Position numbers and translations under genes: made by a program | Assembly (NCBI GenBank): GCA_026396115.1 | Contig: JAPLXL010000005.1 | Location: 137,316 to 201,315 of the forward strand | Source of the DNA: Candidatus Nealsonbacteria bacterium | Lineage (GTDB): Bacteria > Patescibacteriota > Minisyncoccia > Minisyncoccales > RBG-13-42-11 | DNA: 64,000 bases | Direction of reading: 5' to 3' | Notes under the pieces: model-generated | The model's database searches: none | The model's input: the letters and a program-made list of their open reading frames with translations, nothing else | Told to the model about the DNA's origin: nothing | Shown: positions 52,372 to 59,021 of the stretch, piece by piece | Layout: each line of letters opens with the position of its first letter | Numbering within the stretch: position 1 is the stretch's first letter

Positions 52372-53427
52372 ATGAGGAAGCGTTTATTTTTTATTATCTT
52401 AATAATTATGATTGCTGCGATTTCTTTCTGGTTGATTTTTTTGCCAACAGAATCTTTCTCCAAAAAAGAGGTAATTTTTAGCGTGGAAATAGGAGAAGGG
52501 TCAAAAGACATTGCCCTGAACTTGGCAAAAGAAAATTTGATAAGATGGGCGTCAATGTTCAGAGTTTATGTTATGGTAAGAGGAATTGCCGGAGACCTTA
52601 AAGCCGGCCAATACCTATTGTCTCCTTCAATGAATATTCCCCAGATAGCAGAGAAACTTTTTAAGGGCGATGTAATAAAAGAAAAAATTACCATAATTGA
52701 GGGGTGGAGTTTGAGAACCATCGGTTTTTATTTTGAAGACAGGGGAATGTTCCAGGCCGAAGAAGTTTTGGACATGGCTGCCAAAGATTTTTCTGACGAG
52801 TTTGACTTTTTGAAAGATAAGCCAAAGAATTTAGGGTTGGAAGGTTATCTTTTCCCCGACACCTATGAGATAAGAAAAAATGAGAGTTTGGAAAATATCG
52901 TCAAAAAAATGCTAAGCAATTTTGACAGGAAATTAACATCCGATTTAAAGGAAGAAATCAAAAGGCAGCAAAAATCAATTTTTGAAATAGTGACAATGGC
53001 CAGCATCTTGGAAAAAGAAGTCAGAACTGTTGAGGATAAAAAGATTGTCTCCGGAATTTTCTGGAAAAAAATCAATAATGGTGAGCCGTTATATAGTTGT
53101 GCGACAATAGCTTATATTTTAGGAAGAGAAAATTGGACGTTCGAAGAAGATGAATCTTCTTCTCTCTCCCGCGTTGGCGCTTGGACGTTCGAAGAAATGA
53201 GAAGAGAAATTGCTTCGGGAAAAGATATTGATTCGCCTTATAATACATATAAATATCAGGGTCTTCCTCTGGGTCCCATTTCCAACCCCGGGCTTGAAAG
53301 CATAATGGCTACAATCTATCCCGAAGAGAGCGATTACCGGTATTATTTATCCACTCCTGAAGGAGAAACTATTTTTAGTAAAACCTTGGAAGAGCATAAT
53401 ATAGCCAAGGCAAAATATTTTGAGTAG
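52372..53427 (+). CDS. mltG: Endolytic transglycosylase MltG (start re-assigned to ATG 52372)
   Basis: TM anchor, TIIEG, LEGYLFPDTY, MASILEKE, SPYNTY..GLPLGPISNPG. Confidence 0.92.
   Translation: MRKRLFFIILIIMIAAISFWLIFLPTESFSKKEVIFSVEIGEGSKDIALNLAKENLIRWASMFRVYVMVRGIAGDLKAGQYLLSPSMNIPQIAEKLFKGDVIKEKITIIEGWSLRTIGFYFEDRGMFQAEEVLDMAAKDFSDEFDFLKDKPKNLGLEGYLFPDTYEIRKNESLENIVKKMLSNFDRKLTSDLKEEIKRQQKSIFEIVTMASILEKEVRTVEDKKIVSGIFWKKINNGEPLYSCATIAYILGRENWTFEEDESSSLSRVGAWTFEEMRREIASGKDIDSPYNTYKYQGLPLGPISNPGLESIMATIYPEESDYRYYLSTPEGETIFSKTLEEHNIAKAKYFE
53141..53185 (-). mobile_element. Degenerate element copy, in frame in mltG, between 16-bp direct repeats
   Basis: GAAGAAGATGAATCTTCTTC hairpin; TTGGACGTTCGAAGAA at 53133 and 53181 (WTFEE twice). 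Confidence 0.75.
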
Positions 53428-53489
53428 GCGAAGAGGATAAATCCTCTTCTTCACTTTCACTTTCACTTTCGCTACGCGAAAGCTCGGTA
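53425..53489 (-). mobile_element. Element copy filling the mltG-pfpI spacer
   Basis: TAGGCGAAGAGGATAAATCCTCTTC-(TTCACT)x3-TTCGCTACGCGAAAGCTCGGTA; starts at the mltG TAG stop. Confidence 0.88.
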
Positions 53490-53490
53490 A

Positions 53491-54036
53491 ATGCCAAACT
53501 TACAAGAGAAAAAAATTGCGATAATCATTGCCTTTCGGGATTTTCGGGACGAAGAATATTTTACTCCAAGAGAAATTTTAGAGAAAGCCGGGACTGAAAT
53601 AAAAACCGTCTCAAACAAAATTGGAACTGCTATTGGCGCCGATGGGGGAGAAGTTGAGATTGACTTTTTAGTTTCTGAATTAAATTCGGCTGATTTTGAT
53701 GCAGTGATTTTTATTGGCGGGTCGGGATGCCTGAAAAATCTTGATAATGAAGATTCATACAAGATAGCGAGAGAAGCGGTCTCTCAAGATAAAGTTCTGG
53801 GAGCTATTTGTATTGCGCCAACAATTTTAGCCAAAGCCGGAGTCCTGTCCGGCAAAAAAGCGACGGTCTGGACAAGCCCGATGGATAAGTCAGCCGTTAA
53901 AATTTTAAAAGACAATGGAGCGGTTTTTGAGGATAATCCGGTGGTGGCAGACGGAAAAATTATTACGGGTTCTGGCCCTGAATCCGCCGAAGAATTTGCC
54001 ATGAAAATCATTGGACTCGAAGGTGAAATGAATTGA
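53491..54036 (+). CDS. DJ-1/PfpI family protein
   Basis: FRDEEY, FDAVIFIGGSG, GAICIAP..LA.AG, VVADGKIITG.GP. Confidence 0.9.
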   Translation: MPNLQEKKIAIIIAFRDFRDEEYFTPREILEKAGTEIKTVSNKIGTAIGADGGEVEIDFLVSELNSADFDAVIFIGGSGCLKNLDNEDSYKIAREAVSQDKVLGAICIAPTILAKAGVLSGKKATVWTSPMDKSAVKILKDNGAVFEDNPVVADGKIITGSGPESAEEFAMKIIGLEGEMN

Positions 54037-54049
54037 AAATTCATTGAGC
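54016..54049 (+). mobile_element. AT-variant element fragment supplying the DJ-1/PfpI C-terminus and TGA stop
   Basis: CTCGAAGGTGAAATGAATTGAAAATTCATTGAGC. Confidence 0.7.
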
Positions 54050-54089
54050 TCTTGACAGGAATTTAAATTGATATAATATTAAAACATAT

Positions 54090-54174
54090 CCGCAGACAAC
54101 AGGTAGCTTATTGAGCGTAAAACCTGTCTAGGAAAAATACACGGGTCCGACTCGTGCAAATTGGTTGTCTGCGG
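54090..54174 (+). promoter_or_regulatory. Ribosomal protein L10 leader (cis-regulatory RNA)
   Basis: CCGCAGACAAC/GTTGTCTGCGG stem enclosing ACAGGT..GCT..AGC.TAAA.ACCTGT, directly upstream of rplJ. Confidence 0.75.
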
Positions 54175-54199
54175 GAAACGCAGATTTTTTATTACCACC

Positions 54200-54712
54200 A
54201 TGGCATTGAATAAGGCGCAAAAACAAAAAATAATTGATGACTTAAAAGATAAAATTGCCAGACAAAAAGCAATGGTTTTAGTTGGCATTACCGGCTTGAA
54301 AGTAAAAGACATTTCCGATTTAAGAAAGAAATTAAAGGCAAATGATGGCAATCTGAAAGTGGCTAAAAAAACCTTAATAGAAAGAGCTTTCAAGGAGAGC
54401 AAATTAGAATTTGATAAAAACAAATACAAAGAGGAAGTAGCTCTAGCTTTTGGTTTTAAAGATGAAATTTCTCCGGCAAAAATCGTTTATCAATTCGGTC
54501 TCGCCAGCGGAAATCTGAAAATTTTGGCCGGATTTCTTGAAGGAAAATTCAAAGAGGCGGAAGAAATAATTGCTTTAGCCCAGCTTCCGGCAAAAGAAGA
54601 GCTTTTGGCAAAATTGGTGCGGAGCATAGCTTCGCCAATTTCGGGATTAGTCAATGTTTTACAAGGAAACATTAAAGGTCTGATAACTGTTTTGGCAAAA
54701 GCCAAAACGTAA
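54200..54712 (+). CDS. rplJ: 50S ribosomal protein L10 (start ATG 54200)
   Basis: MALNKAQK, GLKV..ISDLRK, KVAKKTL, LAQLPAKEELLAKL. Confidence 0.95.
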   Translation: MALNKAQKQKIIDDLKDKIARQKAMVLVGITGLKVKDISDLRKKLKANDGNLKVAKKTLIERAFKESKLEFDKNKYKEEVALAFGFKDEISPAKIVYQFGLASGNLKILAGFLEGKFKEAEEIIALAQLPAKEELLAKLVRSIASPISGLVNVLQGNIKGLITVLAKAKT

Positions 54713-54721
54713 ATTTTTAAT

Positions 54722-54779
54722 TACCGAGCTTTCGCGTAGCGAAAGCGAAGGTGAAGAAGAGGACGAAGTCCTCTTCGCC
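54722..54779 (+). mobile_element. Best-preserved element copy (reference), rplJ-rplL spacer
   Basis: TACCGA-GCTTTCGC-GTA-GCGAAAGC-GAAGGTGAA-GAAGAGGAC-GAA-GTCCTCTTC-GCC. Confidence 0.92.
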
Positions 54780-54796
54780 ATCTAATTTTTAAACTT

Positions 54797-55252
54797 ATGA
54801 CAGAAGAAAAAAAAGAAGAAAAAAAAGAAGAAAAAAAGGAAGAAGTTAAAGAAGTGAAGATTCCGGAAAAGTTCAAAAAACTGGTTGATGAGATTGGAAA
54901 AATGTCAGTTTTAGATTTGGCTGAATTGGTTAAGGTTTTGGAAAAGAAATTCGGAGTATCGGCCGCAGCTCCGGTAGCTGCAGTTCCTACCGCTCCCGCT
55001 GCTGGCCCTGCTGCTTCGGCTGCTGAAGAAAAAAGCGTCTTCAATATTGAATTGACAGTTGTTGGTGATAAAAAGATTGAAGTGATTAAAGTAGTTAGAG
55101 ATATTGCTGGCAAAGGATTGAAAGAAGCCAAGGATTTAGTTGACGCTGCAGCTTCAAGCCCTCAAATGGTGAAAGAAAACGTCAAGAAAGAAGAAGCAGA
55201 GGATATGAAAAAGAAGTTTGAGGCAGCCGGCGCCAAAGTGGAATTGAAGTAA
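54797..55252 (+). CDS. rplL: 50S ribosomal protein L7/L12 with EEKK-repeat N-terminal extension
   Basis: [46 protein letters not shown]. Confidence 0.96.
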   Translation: MTEEKKEEKKEEKKEEVKEVKIPEKFKKLVDEIGKMSVLDLAELVKVLEKKFGVSAAAPVAAVPTAPAAGPAASAAEEKSVFNIELTVVGDKKIEVIKVVRDIAGKGLKEAKDLVDAAASSPQMVKENVKKEEAEDMKKKFEAAGAKVELK

Positions 55253-55264
55253 ATAAATATAATA

Positions 55265-55299
55265 AGAGAACGGGGTAGATTAAAACCCCGTTTTCTTTT
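55265..55299 (+). terminator. Intrinsic terminator after rplL
   Basis: AGAGAACGGGGT...ACCCCGTTTTCTTTT. Confidence 0.7.
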
Positions 55300-55329
55300 A
55301 GTATTAACTTGGATTTTACGTTGAACTTG

Positions 55330-55358
55330 TTGACAACTTTAAATTTTAAATTTATTAT
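55330..55358 (+). promoter_or_regulatory. Putative sigma70 promoter
   Basis: TTGACA-17 bp-TATTAT. Confidence 0.55.
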
Positions 55359-55362
55359 AAAG

Positions 55363-55396
55363 TTGCAAATTTTGTCGGAAACATACGATACATAAA
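55363..55396 (+). repeat. ~34-bp direct repeat upstream of the MazG-like gene; partner at 55759-55838 is interrupted by an element
   Basis: TTGCAAATTTTGTCGGAAACATACGATACATAAA vs TTGTAAATTTTGTCGGAAACATACGGTA[46 bp]CATAAA. Confidence 0.85.
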
Positions 55397-55416
55397 TAGA
55401 CGAAGAAGTGAAAAAT

Positions 55417-55755
55417 ATGAAACTAAACGAATATCAAAAACTTTGTAAAAGAACTGCCAAGAAATTCAACAGTAAAGAAAAAGAGATATTCACTTTGGGT
55501 CTGGGAATTGCAGGAGAATCAGGGGATGTCGCTGGTTGTATTAAAAAGACGTTTTCACATGGCGATAATCAAAAGAATGGAATAAGAGAGAATTTAGGCG
55601 ATACCATGTGGTACGTGGCGATGATTTGCGATTTCTTCGGTTGGAAGTTAGAGGATATTATGAAGGAAAATATTGAAAAGCTTAAAAAAAGACACCCCAA
55701 AGGTTTTTCTGAAAAAACTGCCAAAAAGGACAAGAGAAAAGACTGGAATGAATAA
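55417..55755 (+). CDS. MazG-like all-alpha NTP pyrophosphohydrolase
   Basis: LNEYQ...RTA, LGIAGESGDVA..IKK, ENLGDTMWYVA, NIEKLKKR.P.GFS. Confidence 0.85.
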   Translation: MKLNEYQKLCKRTAKKFNSKEKEIFTLGLGIAGESGDVAGCIKKTFSHGDNQKNGIRENLGDTMWYVAMICDFFGWKLEDIMKENIEKLKKRHPKGFSEKTAKKDKRKDWNE

Positions 55756-55784
55756 ATATTGTAAATTTTGTCGGAAACATACGG

Positions 55785-55832
55785 TAGTCGAAGAGATAAA
55801 TCTCTTCTTCACCTTTCATTGCGATTCGGGTA
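55785..55832 (-). mobile_element. Element copy inserted into the downstream direct repeat
   Basis: TAGTCGAAGAGATAAATCTCTTCTTCACCTTTCATTGCGATTCGGGTA. Confidence 0.88.
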
Positions 55833-55876
55833 CATAAAGAAAATTAGTTCTTTTAATTAAAAAGGAGGTGATAGAT

Positions 55877-56503
55877 ATGGGTGTCTATGTAATTAAACAT
55901 CCCTTAGTAGTGGACAAAGTTAATACGCTCAGACGTATTAAACTCAGCACAGAGGAATTCCGAGAAACTTCTAAAGAGTTAACGACTTTACTGATATATG
56001 AAGCTACCCGGGATTTATGCTTAAAAAAGAGAAGAATCAAGTATTGGTTGGGTTACGGAAGTTTTTCTTTTCTGCCCGGTAAGAAACTTGTCATAATTCC
56101 TATCTTGAGAGCTGGAATTGGAATGCTAGCAGGCGCATTTCAAATTACTCCTGGACTAAAGGCAGGATTTATCGGACTTTACCGAGACCATCAGACATTA
56201 AAGGCTATCCAGTATTATGTGAATCTGCCAAACAAAATGAATGAAAAAATAGCTTTTATTTTAGATCCAATGTTGGCTACGGGGAATAGCTTGGTGGCAG
56301 CCGTAAATATTGTTAAAGGTGCGGGCTGTAAAGATATCCGGGCGATCTGCTTTGTAGCTGCTCCTGAGGGATTAAAACAGCTGACAAAAAAACATCCAGA
56401 CCTAAAAATTTACGTAGCGGCAATAGATGAAAAGTTAAATGACATTGGTTATATTGTCCCCGGTCTAGGGGATGCCGGAGATAGGATGCTCGGAGTCAAA
56501 TGA
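55877..56503 (+). CDS. upp: Uracil phosphoribosyltransferase (start ATG 55877)
   Basis: HPLV, PILRAGIGM, LDPMLATGNS, GYIVPGLGDAGDR; AGGAGGTG SD. Confidence 0.95.
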   Translation: MGVYVIKHPLVVDKVNTLRRIKLSTEEFRETSKELTTLLIYEATRDLCLKKRRIKYWLGYGSFSFLPGKKLVIIPILRAGIGMLAGAFQITPGLKAGFIGLYRDHQTLKAIQYYVNLPNKMNEKIAFILDPMLATGNSLVAAVNIVKGAGCKDIRAICFVAAPEGLKQLTKKHPDLKIYVAAIDEKLNDIGYIVPGLGDAGDRMLGVK

Positions 56504-56520
56504 ATTAATTAATATAAAAC

Positions 56521-56560
56521 AAAAAAGAGGGTTAAATTTATTTTCTAACCCTCTTTTTAT
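56521..56560. terminator. Bidirectional terminator between upp and the PRTase gene
   Basis: AAAAAAGAGGGTTA...TAACCCTCTTTTT. Confidence 0.7.
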
Positions 56561-57049
56561 TTATTTTTCTTTTGGAATAAGATTCTCAAAAGGAAATTTC
56601 ACCCAGACCTTCCCTATTTTCTTTACAATGAAATCCGGTTTAAATTCAGAACCGGATTTCTCAAAAATCACAGCTGTTGAAAGTTTTTCTATTTTTTCTC
56701 CATATTTCTTTTTTAAGAAACGAACTGATTCCTTAAGTGTTCTTCCGGAATCTACTAAATCATCTGTTAAAAGACACCGTTTGCCGATGCTTTTAGTCGT
56801 CATTACTAAATTCCTTGAAAAGATTATAGTTTCTTCCTTAGAACGCCTATTGTAACTCTGAGCAGCCATAACAGCTAAGGGAATATCTCCTAATCCGAAA
56901 CTGAAAAATAAACCAGGTACAGTTCCTCCTCTTGATATTCCAATTACCATGTCAAATTCTTCTCCAGAACGACGAACTTTTTCTAACAGTTTTCGCAATA
57001 GTTCTATGTATTTTTTCCAGGAAATCTTTATCTCCTTTTTTGTTTTCAA
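56561..57049 (-). CDS. Type I phosphoribosyltransferase (gpt/hpt-like)
   Basis: ISW, IGISRGG..PG, LLTDDLVDSGRT, WVKFPFE. Confidence 0.85.
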   Translation of the reverse strand: MKTKKEIKISWKKYIELLRKLLEKVRRSGEEFDMVIGISRGGTVPGLFFSFGLGDIPLAVMAAQSYNRRSKEETIIFSRNLVMTTKSIGKRCLLTDDLVDSGRTLKESVRFLKKKYGEKIEKLSTAVIFEKSGSEFKPDFIVKKIGKVWVKFPFENLIPKEK

Positions 57050-57075
57050 AGTTCACACCTCCTTTTTTGAAAATA

Positions 57076-58005
57076 TTAACCAAATAATTTTCCTTGATTG
57101 TTTAATTTGATTTTCTTCCTCTGCCGGCTTTCTCGCTCCTGAACAACTGGCCTTATTTTTTTAAAAGCATCTTCCATGGCCCGATAAATTCTGTCTTTTC
57201 TCCCTTCCTCTAAATACTTTGACAATTTAGCTAAACGCTGAATTTCCCGGGACTTTACTCTTTTTAGATAAGGCATAACTTTTATGGATAAAAGTCCGGC
57301 CAAAAGATTGTTTTTGCCTCCGGAAATTTCACTGACGATTCGCTTTAATCTTTCGTTTTTTACTCCTTCTTGCAGTTCCTTTAAAAATTTAGCTAGTCTT
57401 TGATAAACCAAGACAAAAATCCTCTCTATTCTAAGCTTTTCCTCAATCAATTTCCGGGTTCTTAATATTATCCCCCAATTTATTTCTTCAATTTCATTTA
57501 ATCTTTCGAATAAATCAACCGTAGCTTTACTAGTTTCAATTGGCACTTTTCCAGATTTTCCCCCCTTTTTATTCTTAAGCGGTGGTATCTGCTTCAATCT
57601 TGTTTGGGCTTTTGCTTTAAATTTATTGGTCACCCGACCAATTTCTGCCTGACATTTTTGAAAAGATAAGCGAATAGAGTATTGTTCTGCTTGGCTTAGT
57701 TCCTGGGGCTCTAAAAATTTAGCAGTAACTTCTTGAAGGATTTTGATTACTTTACTTAATTCCTGAATCTCTCCTGGCAGGAGCAGCTTTTCTTTTCCAA
57801 TTTGAACACTCAATCCCTGATATTGATCAATTATGTGTGTTCCTTGCCTTATGGCATCATTAATATCCTGGAGAACATTTTCAATTGAATTTGGTTTTTC
57901 GCCCCAAAAAATTCGTAGCTTCCCTTCTTTATCAACTAAGATTTTCCGGCTGATTCTCTGAACTATTTCAAAATCAACTTTCAAGTTCTTCATTTTAATC
58001 ATCAC
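57076..58005 (-). CDS. Hypothetical basic helical protein
   Basis: 309-aa ORF with SD-like AAGGAAGGTG and upstream promoter. Confidence 0.65.
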   Translation of the reverse strand: MMIKMKNLKVDFEIVQRISRKILVDKEGKLRIFWGEKPNSIENVLQDINDAIRQGTHIIDQYQGLSVQIGKEKLLLPGEIQELSKVIKILQEVTAKFLEPQELSQAEQYSIRLSFQKCQAEIGRVTNKFKAKAQTRLKQIPPLKNKKGGKSGKVPIETSKATVDLFERLNEIEEINWGIILRTRKLIEEKLRIERIFVLVYQRLAKFLKELQEGVKNERLKRIVSEISGGKNNLLAGLLSIKVMPYLKRVKSREIQRLAKLSKYLEEGRKDRIYRAMEDAFKKIRPVVQERESRQRKKIKLNNQGKLFG

Positions 58006-58041
58006 CTTCCTTAAATAATATTTTTTAAAAAACTGATATTA

Positions 58042-58070
58042 ACTATAAAAGATATTTGGCTAATTGTCAA
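58042..58070 (-). promoter_or_regulatory. Putative sigma70 promoter
   Basis: TTGACA-17 bp-TATAGT on - strand. Confidence 0.65.
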
Positions 58071-58091
58071 TTTTTTGATAGAATAAAATAT

Positions 58092-58718
58092 ATGACAACC
58101 TATACGTTTATTGATGCTTCAAATCTTTTTTATGGCGGAGAGAAAAGCTTGGGATGGAAAATAGATTATCAAAAACTTCTCAACTATTTGAAAGAGAAGT
58201 ATTTGATATCCAAAGCTTTGTATTTCGGTGGGGTTGAAATACGTAATTTTGAATTTAACTACCTTGAAAATGAAACAGTTCCTATTTATGAACTTGAAAA
58301 ATATTTAGTCGACGTAATTAAAAATAAAGCAAATAAATTAAACGAAGCAGAATTATTACTTATCGGGCGCCATTTGCAAAGAGTGCGTTTTTACTTGAAG
58401 TTAAAAGAATTTGGTTATGAATTACATCTTAAGCCGGTAAAATTATATGAACAAGAAGATGGAACAACAAGAAGGAAAGCCAATTGTGATGTTGAGATGA
58501 CTTTCTATCTAATGAAAGAGAAAGATAATTTTGACCGCGCTATTATTTTATCTGGCGATGGGGACTTCTTGCCAGTTTTAAAGCATTTAAGAAATCAAGG
58601 GAGAGAAATTATTATATTAGCCCGTGGTCCACGAACCGCAAAAGAGATACGCCAATTCGCTGCTGCTAAGTTCAGAGATTTTGAATATTTGAAATATAGA
58701 TTAAAGTACGAAGAATAA
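58092..58718 (+). CDS. NYN-domain (LabA/DUF88, PIN-like) protein (start ATG 58092)
   Basis: FIDASN, IDY.KL, KANCDVEM, LSGDGDF.PV. Confidence 0.88.
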   Translation: MTTYTFIDASNLFYGGEKSLGWKIDYQKLLNYLKEKYLISKALYFGGVEIRNFEFNYLENETVPIYELEKYLVDVIKNKANKLNEAELLLIGRHLQRVRFYLKLKEFGYELHLKPVKLYEQEDGTTRRKANCDVEMTFYLMKEKDNFDRAIILSGDGDFLPVLKHLRNQGREIIILARGPRTAKEIRQFAAAKFRDFEYLKYRLKYEE

Positions 58719-58729
58719 AATTCTTCGCC
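58709..58729 (+). mobile_element. Right-end fragment of the element overlapping the NYN gene stop
   Basis: CGAAGAATAAAATTCTTCGCC, like the end of the copy at 22819. Confidence 0.55.
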
Positions 58730-58898
58730 ATCTACGCTAACGCTTGATAATGGAAGAAAAGTAAAAGGAGCGGACTCATATAGAATCCACTCCACGTTTA
58801 GTGGCTTTATATTAGCAGTTTAATAAAAGCTTGTCAAGAGATTATAGCATCTGGACATCTAATATAAATTCTTTGTTGAAAGAAGCTTTAACTTAAAA

Positions 58899-58946
58899 AT
58901 CAAAAACAAGTTTGAAGCGGCCGGCGCAAAAGTGGAATTGAAGTAG
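58899..58946 (+). pseudogene. rplL: Orphan copy of the rplL 3' end ([15 protein letters not shown])
   Basis: Last 39 nt match 55214-55252 with four differences, all at third codon positions. Confidence 0.85.
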
Positions 58947-59021
58947 AAATTCTGTTAAACTAAAATAGTTTCTGATTAAAAGGTTGAAATTTTGTTAAGG
59001 GTATAAAAATAATTTTAAAAA

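Noticed and set aside
54161-54199. Upstream extension of RplJ
   Set aside because: Overlaps the L10 leader stem; the typical start is ATG 54200.
2581-58729. Element family as ordinary intrinsic terminators or a classical TIR-bounded MITE
   Set aside because: Many copies are inside ORFs in either orientation without U tracts, and the ends (TACCGAG vs TAGGCGA) are not inverted repeats.
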